DNA of 63,514 nucleotides, the filler included, from Hyphochytrium catenoides (lineage: Eukaryota; Protista; Hyphochytriomycota): assembly GCA_900088475.1 (NCBI GenBank). It is 11 parts of 11 records of this genome, joined end to end, with 100 filler letters (N's around TTAATTAATTAA, not from the genome) between each part and the next. Parts side by side here need not be neighbours in the genome. Positions count along the whole stretch, not along the records: positions 17,285 to 29,726 come from FLMG01001177.1; positions 29,827 to 40,811 come from FLMG01003301.1; 9 more parts are not named here. The stretch is one strand, 5' to 3'. The notes under the pieces are model-generated. The model searched no databases, was not told the origin of the DNA, and was given only the letters and a program-made list of their open reading frames with translations. Positions 23,085 through 36,157 of this stretch are shown one piece after another (position 1 is the first letter of the stretch; each line of letters begins with the position of its first letter). The translations under genes and the position numbers were made by a program.

Positions 23085-24330
23085 CTAGGCAGGGTGCTTT
23101 TGCCTCGTTTGCTTGAAGCCATTCATCGCATCTGCCACTCCTAGCCACTCTGAGATGCAATCAGATGCTCTCACCTAAAGTTGAAAGATTTAAACATCTA
23201 AGGAGGTAGAGAGGATGAGCTGATGTACTTACCGGCAACAAAGACTTCAGAACTGGACCCAGGGCCAGTGCTGGAGGCATCATAACAACGTTATGTCCTC
23301 CTCTCTTGATCGCTCTGATTGTTCTATCTGCTACATCTTGAGGATCCAGTATGGGAAGTATTAGAGGAAACTTAGTTTCCCAGCCCGTGAACATCCCTGT
23401 GTTAATGGCATACGGGAGTATCAAAGATGTTCCAATTCCCCATTTAGCCAGCTTCTTGATCTCTAGTCGTACGCTCTCATGGAATCCGACAGCCGCTGTG
23501 AGAAGAGAGGATAGGGGTCCCATTAGTAAGGTATTGGTCAACGCCGGGTTAATGGGGAGACGCACCAAACTTGCTTGAGCAGTAATCAGCCAAAGACGGA
23601 GCACCAGCAATCCCTGCAGCGCTCGCAACAGTGACGATGTGACCGTGATTGCGGGCAATCATATGTGGAAGAAAGGCCTTGATGGTCCAGAAGTGAGCAA
23701 TGGTATTTACTTGGACTGTCCGCTCGCAGAGCTGGTCCGTATTCTCTAGAAAGGGCCTTCCGCTTACAATGCCTAACATTCAGGCTCACAATCGTTAGTC
23801 TCAGAAGACCTATGTATAACGTTTGGGGCTGACCTGCATTGTTAACTAGAATGTCCACTTTTCCGAAGTCCTTCATCACGGCCTGGGCAGTAGAGTAGAC
23901 AAGTGTGCGGTTGGTGACATCGACGATGTATGACCTGCAAGTGGCTCCCGGCCTTGCTTTCTTCACTTGCGCTATGGTCTCCTGAAGCTTGAAAACTTGC
24001 GTCAGAAACACCTTTTTTTTTAGTATGTCAAGGACAAAGTATGGCCTAGTACCAGGGAGTCATTGATATCAAATAGCGCTAGCTGACAACCCTCCTTCGC
24101 CAGTCTAATCGCCATCAGCCTGCCAATACCTGCAGTAGCAATATACATTTTCCTTAGAGCCTACTTTATTTCTCTGCAATGAGCTGAAACGTACCTTGGC
24201 CAGCTCCGGTGAGAACGACCACCTGATTAGAGATGTCTCTAAACTCAAGGATCTTCTGATATGCGAGGTACACGCCGTAGGCCCCCGCTAATAGCCCAAC
24301 ACATCTAACAGTGCGCTTGACCCTTTCCAT
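23085..24330 (-). CDS. Short-chain dehydrogenase/reductase, SDR16C / retinol dehydrogenase / 17-beta-HSD11-like, 6 exons
   Basis: N-terminal membrane anchor, [12 protein letters not shown] (TGxxxGxG), [22 protein letters not shown], catalytic [14 protein letters not shown]. The last exon (23174-23085) ends KQTRQKHPA*. Confidence 0.93.
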
Positions 24331-25043
24331 GGTGCTATGAGTTGAGAAGCTGGTTGACTGCACAGAACGGACTGAAGAACCAGGCAGACCAACAGCCGAA
24401 CTTTATGGCTTCAAGTACTAACAGAGACTTCGGGTAGGTGGTGGCCAATATTGCCCCTCGCTACTTTCTCTCTGGCGCTTCTTATCTGTGTCTGTTCGTC
24501 TGCTGGGGCAAGTGCTGCAACGATCCAATCTGCTATCTGCCTTGGGCTGTTTGATAGCCTTCATCATCCGCAACTGAGTCCTCAATCTCCAGGAACTTTG
24601 GCCACATGGAGATAAAAGCAGCGCGGCAACTTGAAGATCTTGAGACTTCGAACGAGTTGCTATGATGGCGGCAGCAATAACGGCTGTAATCGCAATTTCC
24701 CACGGTGGAAAGCAAGCACTAATCACAGTCCTTGCATATCAGTAAGTAGTAACTAGTGATGAGCCAGCTTGATTATCAGCTTTGTTGGCGCTCCTGGTAG
24801 GTTCTGATGGTCTCTTCATCGGCAACAATCGCCATCGCCACTCAGCATGCTTTCTAAAGCTCTATCTGCAGATTGGGACCTGAGCTTTCTTCATTGGGCC
24901 TTCTGCAGATCTTCAAGAGCGATATCTGGAGCTGGACTCTGACCTGGTCTCCTTCGACGCTCTTCTGCTGGTCAATATATGGAGGATGAAAGATGTACGT
25001 AGTAGAGAAGCGTAGCTAAGGGGAGGGCCAGAGTTTCGTGAGG

Positions 25044-27976
25044 ATGGACTCCGTAGCGGTTCATCGCTGCAGGTATGGACATGATTCCGCCCTATAAAGG
25101 TCTTACGCCTTATGGGTGTTGATTGCCTGCGTAATCTATAGGTTTGTGGACTGGCTCCCCAATGCGATTGACGTGCTTGAGTTTAACCGACGGAGCTCCT
25201 ACGTGGCTGCAGTCAGGAGCAATGGAGACGTTGAGGTTTGGAGTGTTGAGAGCGGTTGGCATTTAGAGTGTATCGTGAAAGGAAGCTCTGAGGTAAGGGC
25301 CGTTAGCTCCTAGCCCCCTCCAGAGTCCCATACCCATTGTCTGATGGCCACACTCTAGTGCACGATCCAGGCGCTCATCTGGACTCGGACGCATGGGCAG
25401 GGGCAGTCGCCTGGCGGAGAGAAGGCGAAGGGAAAATTCTATGAGGAAGAACGCCTGCTGGGATGCACTTTACAAGGCGCCATTGTAGAGATCGATTTCC
25501 ACACTCTCTCCGTCACAACGCTCTCCGATACTTATGGTGGAGCGGCATGGTGCATGGGGATGCCTTCCTCGACATCAGAGAGCGGCAACACCCTGGCAGT
25601 GGGGTGTGAGGATGGCTTCATCAGACTCTTCGAGGTGGGGCAAGAGGATTGCGTCTATAGGCGTTCTTTTGTAGGGACAGGTGGCTCCCGAGTCGTAAGC
25701 TTAGCTTTCCACGGTGATGGAGAGACGCTCTTCTCTGGACATGCAGACGGGAACCTTCGCTGCTGGGATGTTAGGTCTGGAACCAGCAGCTTCAGGATGA
25801 CGATGGAGTCCTATGGGTCTCAGACACCCATCACCTGGTCTCTTAAGGTGCTGCAAGATATGACGGTGGTGTCTGGTGATAGTACTGGCCGAGTGCAGTT
25901 CTGGGATGGAAATGTGGGGACGCAGCTCAAAAGCTTTGCAATACACAGCGCAGACGTCCTCGCACTTGCGGTTGATTCCTCAGAATCTCGAGTATTCGCC
26001 TCTGGGGTGGACAGCCGCGTCATCATGATAGAGCGGACAGGAGGAGGAGACTGGGTCTACTCCTACAGCCATCGCCCTCACACACACGATGTGCGGGCTT
26101 TGGCCATTATGAAACAGGTTCCGGAGCCCTCGACGGCCTGTCAGAGCCTACCAGGCGCTGTAGCGGAGGAAATTTTGGTCTCAGGCGGGGTTGATACACA
26201 GCTCTGCTGGTACTCTGTCAGTCAATTCAAGACGCGACGGCCCTTCAAAATTCCACCGTTTCCACAGCGCTCCAGTGTCTCCGTTTCTCAGTCGCAGCGA
26301 GCGATGCTGGTGTCTAAAGATAGTTCAATGGAGCTTTGGCAACTGGCACGACCCAAAGAAAACCAGGCGAAAGACATAAAGCACGCGTTTGACGATGCAG
26401 AGAACAGTCATCAGCTGCTTATAGAGCTCAGGGTCGGGGTCACAGCTGGCGCCGATGGGCAGGAAAGAAGAATGAACATCGTATGCAGCGCTCTCTCTGA
26501 AGACTGCCGCTGGGTCGCGTGTAGCAATGGTCTAGGCCTTCGACTCTTTAGGTTAGACCCTGATCGAGCTTTCAAGGTTTCTAAATGTCGCCTTCCAGAG
26601 GGGGCTCGGGAGCCCGCACTGTGTTTGGCCTTTAGTCCAGGTGATAACTCACCCTCGTCATCATTTGTCTACTAATTAGTTCTACCTTGGCGTCCTCCAT
26701 CTCTTCCCATCTTACACTCTTCTATTCATCTCTAGCCCCCTTCCCCTTGTGCTTTCCCCCTTCTTAGGCCATTATGCGCGACCGCCCCCTATCTGACTCT
26801 CTCGAACGCTCCTTGCCTCTCAATCTAGACTCACGGCGGCTCATTGCTGCCAGCTCAAGCGGAGTGATTCGAGTGATTGATGTACACAGCCTCCGAGTGT
26901 TGCAGGTCTTCGGTCAGCACGTGACCAGAAACCGCATAGGGGAGGAGCCAGAAAATGACGGCGAGGAAGTTTTAGTCCAGCGTCCTTCTCCCGTCAGCAC
27001 CCTGGCTGTCAGCCGCGATGGCCAATGGTTGGCGTCAGGAGACTTAGAGAATAATATCTTCCTCTTCAACCTGGACGGACTAAAGTTCTATGGCCAGCTT
27101 CCCTTCCTTCCGGCCTTGCATACCACCTTTGCCTTCCATCCCTCCTCGCTTTCCCTAGTGGTCAGCACCGTGGACAATCGCTTCTATTTATTTGACGTGG
27201 AATCACGGACCCTTACGGACTGGTACGTCGTCTCCGCAATCTCTATCCGCAAGAGTCCTAGCATGGTACCGATGAGCTGCATCGCCTCTTCTGAAGACGT
27301 TCTCTGCTCCTCTCGTACGGTTTTTCGTTTCTCACACTGGGTGCAATCCTCTCAGCGGTGGGAACCGTGATATCCTGCTTGCCGATTTAAGGGGGTGTAA
27401 GGCTGACTGTGCGTGCTTCCCGCTTATGTTAGGTCGAGAGAAAACAGCGAGAACCTACCTCCTCAGCTAACAAAGAGAACAGGGAAGATCAAGGGAATTA
27501 CCTTCAACCCAGCGCGGCCATCGTGTCTGGTTCTCTATTCTCACTCATACTTTGTAGCCATTGACCTTGATAAGGTTAGAATAGTTCACCTCCTCGCCAT
27601 AGCTAGACCTTCCTATTATGCTCTTTCTCCTCTAAACATCGCTCTGACTTTGCCGCCGATACTAATCGTTCCTCTATATCTATAGCCATTTGACCAGGTC
27701 GCCGTCCCTGAAGAAGTGTCGGAAGTGTTAGAAAGTGCTAAAAAGAAGCCCAAGCTGTCGGCTTCTGCGGAAGAGTCGACCAGTCAAGGAGGCGATAAAG
27801 GCGAGAAGGCACAAGGGAAACCATCGGCTCGCAACCTGCACATAGTTGAAAAGTACAGGCCGATTTTTTACTTAGACTTCCTCCATAGGAATGAGCTAGT
27901 GGTCATTGAGATGCCCTGGCTCAAGGTGATCTCTAGCTTGCCAGAGACTTTGTACCGACATCGCTATGGGACGTAA
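25044..27976 (+). CDS. UTP4: U3 snoRNA-associated protein 4 (UTP4/Cirhin), WD40 repeat, multi-exon
   Basis: N-terminus MDSVAVHRCR|FVDW...RSNGDVEVW; VSGDSTGRVQFWDG; HSADVLALA; HTHDVRALA; C-terminus KYRPIFYLDF...ELVVIEMPW...LP...RYGT*. Confidence 0.92.
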
Positions 27977-28516
27977 CAAGATCTATAATAAGAAAGGGAG
28001 ATTAATCTTGCAAAAGACACTTCACAGAGCTTCTGCAACTTCTTATCCAGAAAAGGCTATCTTAATGTTACTTCCGGCTGTCCCCTTGAGTTCCTCTTGA
28101 GCCATGCTATCAGCTCGATGTCCCAGTCTCGCATTTGACAGAATCTTTGTCATTCAAAAGCAAGACCCATCTCTTTCTCCTTTTCCTTTCACCGTCGCTC
28201 CCTTTACTCTCTTGTCTGTGCTGCTCTAGGAGTAGTCCATGTCTTTGTACGTCTTTTCAATCTAAGGGTCGCATCTTATTGTCGGCCTCCCTTTCCTCTT
28301 CGGCGTTCTCATTCTTCATTGTCTTCCCTCCTCTGCAATTTGTGGACACCCATGTTGGGTAAGAAAAGTGTTCTTCGCGGAGACAAGTGTTGGCAGACAG
28401 TCCCTTGACGACGAGCACATTCCCTACACAAAGGACGTTCAGGGGATAGTGAGCTATAAATGCCATCATCTGTTTGAAGCCGACTCCGTTTACTTACCGG
28501 CTCACAAAGATGTTCT

Positions 28517-29726
28517 TCAATGCGCCAGCGAGTAACTAAATGAGAGGAATTTGTTACTAAAGAACAGTAAACCCTCCAGCGCATCATCCCGACAGAGCAG
28601 ACCCTGCCGCTCAGCAACCTGCACGGAAAGAGAGACCACAGACGGGTTAAACTTCGCTAAGGCATACGTTCAGATCACGATAAGGGTGCCCATCATCCCT
28701 CATGCCACAGTGTAGACGGGTCAGATCTAGGTACCCACAGGGGACAGTCCGCAGCGACACCCCCCACGAGAGAGGGACAAGGGCGGGGAAGGGTTTGCTC
28801 AACGGTAAGAAAAAGCACTGGAGAGAAGCCGCAGAGCGAAGCCTACCAATAAATATTCCATCCCTAGCGCCACTGACACTCTAAAGTGTGTGGCAACGTC
28901 TGAGGAAGTTATCCAACCGCGCTTACTTCGAGAGGCCATCTCCTCAAGCTTTCGAGCCACTTCGGCCTCTGAAAAGCTGTCTGTGAAGAGGGCCGGGAAG
29001 TTAGAGTGAGATCTGGGTTGCACCTCTGTGAGTTGGGGTCCTCGTTTTACCCTTTGGTTCTCTTGTGAGATAAGATACTCTCCGTTAGGCGGTACCATAA
29101 CTGTATAACGGAGACTTTCGACCCACACGTTTGCACGGCGTTGCTCGGCTTGAGGCAAACTGTAACCTCTATCAACCGCCATCCCGCTATTTACCGCTTC
29201 AATCCATCTTACCTAGCTGAATGACCAGAACCCCGCTGTCAAACTTGACTAGCCTCATTCCCAACTTTAGTGGCCCAAGAAGGCGTGCAGCCTCCAAGAG
29301 ATCGTCAGGAGAAATAAGGGATATTCCTAAAGGGACATCACATTGTGGTCAGCGACAACCAACGGGTGCAGGAGACTCCAGATGGGGCCCCAGGAGAAAA
29401 AGAGAGACAAAGCAAGCAAGATGGAGGCTCAAAGAGGGCTCGGATAGTGAACGTCGGACGCCTTAGGGAGCTTTAGAGTACCCACAAGCGTAGAGACGAC
29501 GCTTTATGCAAAGCCTGGCCCATAGCAACCGGAAACTGGAATATCAAAGCAAAGGCAGGAGAGAGAAAAAGTGGCTAGATGGCAAGACCCTACACGTTTT
29601 ATGTAGAGAGGTAATATATGATCATAGAGGAGGCAGCGGCAAATGCTAGAGGGCCTTGGCATAATATCTGGTCTCAAAGCGTTTACCTCTGGCTCTATTG
29701 TAGATGCAGTAAACATCTGTCAGCGT
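28517..29726 (-). CDS. VPS36: ESCRT-II subunit VPS36, C-terminal winged-helix part, 5' truncated
   Basis: Spliced product: TLTDVYCIYNRARG|ISLISPDDLLEAARLL...FDSGVLVIQL|DSFSE...SVALGMEYLL|VAERQGLLCRDDALEGLLFFSNKF. Confidence 0.9.
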
Positions 29727-30097
29727 NNNNNNNNNNNNNNNNNNNNNNNNNNNNNNNNNNNNNNNNNNNNTTAATTAATTAANNNNNNNNNNNNNNNNNN
29801 NNNNNNNNNNNNNNNNNNNNNNNNNNAGAGAGAGAGAGAGAGAGAGAGAGAAAAGAAGAACAAGATATATGGAGAAGTAAGGATGTAATGTATCATTTAA
29901 AAGGAAGAGAGAGAGAGAGAGTGCGCACATGCGCCGGGGCGCAAGACAGGGGAGGTGGCTGGTAGACAAAGGAGTCTGGAAAAGAAGAAAGAGATAAGAA
30001 AGATAAAAAGAGGAGAGGCAAAGAGAGAAAAAGACGAAAGATAAAGAGAGAGACGAGAGAGAGAAAGAGAGGAAAAGAAATGATGGGAGAGGCGTAC

Positions 30098-30267
30098 CAC
30101 AAAGTTTGAGAAGTCTCTTCTTCAGCGCCGGTAGGTCTTTCCCTAGCTTCCCCAAAGCTTTGACTAACTTCTGAGCTACCGCGCGGCGCTGCTCCTGACG
30201 TTCTACAGCGAGTCCAAAGAAGAGAGAGAGAGAGAGACACGACTCGCGTGAGAGGATGATTAGGAGC

Positions 30268-30307
<40 letters not shown>

Positions 30308-31152
30308 AAGAGGGTACCTTTCTTGGAAAGGCCCTGCAGGAGGACCTTGTCTGCATCTAGTACAAACGCACAGAATTCCTTATAGTCCACCTGAAAAAGT
30401 TGAAGAGAGAGAAAAGTAAGAGAGAGAGAGAGGCAGCGAACGGACAGGGAAGCATATATAGACCGAGAGAAGAAAGAGAGAAGGGAGAGTGACCGGGAGA
30501 AGAAATAGAGAGAAGGGAGAGTGACAGAAGTAAGAGAGAGAAAGAGGGAAAGAGAGCGAGAGAAGGAGGCAGAGAGAGGGAGGAAGAGAAAGAGAGAGGG
30601 AAGGAAAGTTTAGACGGGAAAATGGTTATTAATCTAGCTTCTGCTTCCTGAGTCTCCCTTCCCTCTTCTCTCTTCCCCTATGGTCTCTCTCTCAATGTGT
30701 TTCTGTCTCCTTACCTCGCCATCCTCGTCCTTATCGAAGAGAGAGAAGAGAGAAGACATGTCTGCAGGAGAGAGAGAGCCTCCTACTCCCAACAGCTCGA
30801 AGGCAAGGCCAAGCTCCTTCACGGACAGAGAACCATCTCCGTTCTTATCAAACAGTGAGAAAGTCTGAAGAGATGTGGGAACATATGAGGGAGAGAAGAG
30901 AGAAAGTAAAGAGGCAAAGCAGACAAAGGGAGAGAGAGAAAGTGTGAGCGAGACTAAAAGCGAGGAGAGGCATGTTTATGTGCATGGAGAGAGAGGGGGA
31001 ACAAAGGAGAGAGAAAGGCGGAGAGAGACGGTATTAACTGTTCCACGGCCTTCTGGTGCAAAAGACGAAGAGGAGGACAAAAGAAGATGGAACGAGGGAA
31101 GAGATAGGGGTAGGGAGAAGCGAAGTGAGAAGGAAACGGACGATAGCAAGAA

Positions 31153-31193
<41 letters not shown>

Positions 31194-32143
31194 AGAGAGC
31201 CTCTGCCGACGAGCTGCTTACCTTTTGCAAATCAAAGTCTTTTCCTTTCTTCTTACAGAGTTCTTTGATATCTGCCTGCACCTTGGCGATGATAAGATCC
31301 CTCTCTCCCTCTGAGCATTAGTTCAAAGAGACGGACGAGTGAGAGAGGCACTTTAGGGAGAAAGAGAGAAGGAGGAGAGAAAACTTGAAGAGAAAGTGAG
31401 AGAGAGAGAGAGAAGAAAGACATAGAGGAAACAAAGAGAAAAAGGTGGCAGTTGAAGGAGGAAGGGAACTAGAAAGAGACAAGAAGGTAAGAGGGACATT
31501 AACCTAGGAAAGAGAAAAGAAGAGGCAAGACCTTTCATCTTTTGTGTCTCTCTCTCTTCTTCTTCTCTGAACCAGACAGAGAGGAACTCTTCGTAGTCGA
31601 TAAAGCCATCAGAGTCTTTATCGAGGTGAGAGAGAAGAAGCTGCTTATCCTGGAAGAGACGATAATCAGAGACGGCAAGGCAAGCAAAAGCAAAGAAAGA
31701 AACGGAAAACAAAGGTTCAATCTCTCTCATCTCTCTCTCTCTCTCCTTCTCTTTCCATTCTCTCCTCCCCTTCGACGTTATATACGTTTTCTCTCTGTCT
31801 TTATCTTACTCTCTCCCTCACCTCCTCGCTGAGCTCCGCTGTAAGATTGAAGAACTGCAAGGTCTTCCAGAAGTCTGCATGGGAGACTCTTCCTTTATTC
31901 TCTCGGTCAAAGATCTTGGAAAAAAGTACATCCCGGAGAAAGGAAGAAAAAGGAAAGTAAGATAAGTGAAAACAAGACATGATACAGAGCGAGAGAGAGC
32001 GAGAGCGAGAAGCAGAGAGAGAGAGAGAAACCAAGAGATAAGAAACGGGAGAGGAGAGAAAAAGAGCAATGAGGTAAAACGCGAACGGCAGAGGGAAAGG
32101 CAGAAGAACCGAGAGAAAAAGCGCGCGCGAGGGAGAGAGACGG

Positions 32144-32183
<40 letters not shown>

Positions 32184-33884
32184 GAAGACCACGTAGGATA
32201 AGAGGCTGGAGTATCAGCACCTTGAAGGCCTTGGCAAAGTCAAAGACACCGTCTCCAGCGTAGGAATTCTTCATCGCCACTGTTTTGATACTGTCAATCA
32301 CTCTCTGCACAGGGTCTTTCTCTCCTTCTTCTTCCCCTTCTTTCTCTTTCTCTCTCTCTCCTCCGAAGAAGAAATTGACTATTTCCTGAAGGCTGATCGC
32401 TCCATCGCCATTCCTGTCCATTCCTTGACAGACAGAGAGAACAGACTGGAGGAAGAGAAGGGTCAGAAAAGGGCTCAGGGAAGGGAGAAAAGAGAGAAGA
32501 GAAGACGAGAGAGAAGCGCACGGAAATGGCGAATGAAGCTAGGGAGAGGCAAGCAGAGTGGACAACAATAGAGAAAGAGAGGGAGTGAGAGCGACAAGAA
32601 GGGAAGAGAAAGCAAAGAGAGAGATGCGAGATGGGGAGAGAGAGAGAGAAATAAATGAAGAAAGAGGGTGAAGAAAAGAGGATCATCGGTTTGGCTGGTT
32701 GTCAACTATCAGATGTAAAATGAAGAAAAGTAGTAAGCGTTTGCTTCCAAGAAAGAGAGAGAGAGTGGAAAAAGAGAGAAGAAGCAACACGGAGACAAAA
32801 CGGAGTGGGAACCCTGCGAGAGCAAAGAAAGAATGCCAGAGGATTCAGAAATGCGGGGAGAGAGAGAGGGTACATATAGACAAAGAGAGAGAAGGCGAGA
32901 GAGAGAGAACCTCCTCGTCCAGTTTGCTGGTGACGCCAAGAGCATCAAGTGCCTTCACCACATCGCCTACAGAAAGAGATCCTTTCTTCTCACGGTCGAA
33001 ATCCTTCAGAATCTTCTTGAAGTCGATTCCTCTCTTTCTCTCTTCTCCCTCAACGCCATCTTTCTCTCTTCCTCCCGGCGAGAGAGAGAACAATTCTCTT
33101 TTGATGTGCTCCAGTGTCTTCTTCTCATCTGAATCTTCTATTGTTATTCGGGTTAGCAGGGGAGGGAAGAGAGAGAGTGTGTCAAACAGAGGAAGGAAGG
33201 AGGGCTTGATAGAGACGGAACAAGGAGGAGAACACAGTCAGAGAGAGAGGAAGAGAGAGAGAGAGAGAGATTACCCACACGAAGGACGAAGAAATGTAAG
33301 GCTTAGCAACACATTATCCAAAGAGAGAGAGAGAGAGAGAGAGAGCTAGAGAATGAAACGAAAGAGGTTAACCTGCTCTTCCTCCTCCTCTCCCGCTGCT
33401 GGTGGCAAAGCGGTAAAACTCGTGAAAGTCAATGCCTTGGTTTCCTCCTTCATCGAATCGACCAAGAAGTATGCGGAGATCCTGCCATTTGTTATACAAG
33501 AGAGAAGAGAGAGAGAGAAAGAAAGAGGGAGAGAGAGCAAACCTATTAGCGAGAGAGAGAGAGAGAGAGAGAGGAAAAAGCAGGCCCCAGGATGTGTCCT
33601 ACCGCCTCTGACAGGGAATCCGTAAGCTTTAAATCCGCCAGACGCTCCTGAAACTCGGCAAAGGGAACATTCCCTAAAGAGAGAGAGAGAGAGAGAGAAG
33701 GAAAGGGAGGAGAGAGAGAAAGAAAGAGAAGGAAAGTTATGGCATTAGTCTCCCTTCTTTCTCCCTCCATTTCAATGGATCTCTTCGTCTTTAACAACCC
33801 CTTAATATCCTACCTTTCATCTACAGCTCTCGTTCTCTCTCTCTCTGTGTCTCTCTCTTGCTCTCTTTCTCTTCTCTCTCTCTT

Positions 33885-33921
<37 letters not shown>

Positions 33922-34960
33922 GTATCCTCTCCCTGTCTCTCCCTCTTGGTCTCTTTTCGTCTCACCCTTACCGGTCGCATTCTTATCGAAGAGGCTAAAG
34001 GCCATCGTATAGTCCAAACGGCCGTCAGGGGTCATAGATTTCTTCTTCAGAACTGTAAACAGAATAGTTGACAGCGTCAGCCAACCGAAGAGAGAGAGAG
34101 GGAGAGAGAGAGAGGGAGAGAGAGAGAGGGAGAGAGAGAGAGAGATGGGGAAAAGATAGAGTGAGAGTTGAAAGAGAGAGAAAGAGAGGAGAACGAGGAA
34201 CAGGAGGAGAAAATGTAGAGAACACTGGGGATAATGATGATTAAGAGATAGAGACAAAAAAATGAAAGAAAAAAGATGTTTCTGGAAGAGAAAAGATTAA
34301 GGTTTTAAAAGGAAACATCTCTCCTTTCCTGAAAGAGAGGAAAGACATGCACCACGAGAGAAGCGTTCCTGTCTAGTTGTAAAGAGAAGGCAGAGGAGAG
34401 TAAGACAGAAAGAGAGGGGAGAGGGGAAGAGATGGGACGGTGAGAGCGAAAGAGGGAGAGAGAGACAGGAAAAAGAGAGAAATAAAGAGGGAAAGAGAGA
34501 AACAAAGAGGGAAAGAGAACCGCTCAAAGGTCTCAGCACTTCTTCTTACATCGTCTTAGCTTTTGGACCGTTCTCTTCAGTTCCTTACTATCTTCTTTCT
34601 TCAGAAAAGGATCCTCGGCTCTCTTCTCTGGAAGTTTCTTTCCCTCTCTCTCGCCCTCTTCCAAGGCGAAGAGGAATCTGTTCACATTAACAAGCGCTTC
34701 CTGGGTGTCAAGCGATGCGTCTGCCCCTAGAAACTGCACCAAGGAAAGGGTTTGCTGCAGAAGGAAAGGAAAGAGATTGTCAGAGAGAGAGAGACATAAA
34801 AGAGAGAGAGAGAGAGACATAAAAGAGAGAGAGAGAGAGAGAGAGAGAAAGTTAAGTAAGGAAGAGACTTCTGAAGAACTGGTCCATAGGACCATAGGAG
34901 CTGCGCGGTCACAAAGTACGAAAGGCAAAACGTCTCTCTGTTCCTTTCTCTTCACTGTCT

Positions 34961-35006
<46 letters not shown>

Positions 35007-36122
35007 CTAATCTCTCCTCTACGGGTTTTCATTCTGCCTGGCGTTCACGTCCTTATTACTCGCTTTATACTGCTTGTCCCTCCTTTCTCATTTTCCCGGC
35101 AATCTCCTGTTTCGCTTTCCCTCTCTCTCTTTCTCTCTCCTTTGTTCACCGTTTCCTACCCGGAGAGAGAGGCTCATCGCGGCGTTGGTCAAGCTTGCCA
35201 AGCGCTCATGGAAGGTGCTCAGCGGAATCTGTATATAGTTGAAGTATGAGAGAGAGACAAAGAGAGAGAGAGAGACAGAGAGAGAGAGACAAAGAGAGAG
35301 AGAGAGAGAGGAATGAGAGAGAAGTCCGCGTAATGAAAGAGAGAGAGAGAGAGGAAGAAAGCGGGAGCGAGGAGAGAGACACATATATCCAGACATTATT
35401 TAGTGAGAAGCCAGATAGGAATTAGAGAAAACTTTTATAAGGGGGAGAAGAGAGACAGGAGAGAGAGAGAGGAAAGAGAGGAGAGTGAGAGTGGAGAGGC
35501 TAAGAGTGAGGTATGGTGCCAAGGATATATGCAGGGATATGAGGGATATGTTGGCACAAGAGAGAGAGAAAAAAGAGTCGTAGTACTTTCCTGGTGTTCA
35601 TTGGCCGGATCCAATTTCTCAAAGAGAAAGTCTAACCTGTCCTGTCGAGTGCCGCCTTGTCTTTCTCTTTTCCCGTCTCTCTCTTCTTCTTCCTCTCCCT
35701 CTTCCTCCTCTTCCTCCTCTCCCATGCCAAGAGTGTTTCGGACGTCTTCCATAAAGGAAGTTCTGACACAAGAGGAAAGAAGAGAGAAAAGGATTGGATC
35801 GGGAAGTACAAAGAGAGAAGGAAGAAAAGCTTAAGGAGAGGTTCAAAGTTGAAGAGAGGGAGAGAGAGACTCCACCGAGAGAGGCCGAGACGGACAAGGA
35901 GAAGATTAGAACTAAAAAGAAGAGAGAGAGCACAAAAGAGAAGAGAGATAAAGAAGAGAGAGAGAGGGACGCTTACGGCTTGCAAGGAGCGGCCTCCACA
36001 AACTCTTGGAAGTTAGTTTTATCTATACACCGCGCGTCCCCCACGGGCCGCAGCCGCCGCAGCAGCTGCAGCAGTTCTGGAGAGGAGAGACGGATCTCGA
36101 GAGAGAAGAGGAGCTGTGGACG

Positions 36123-36157
<35 letters not shown>

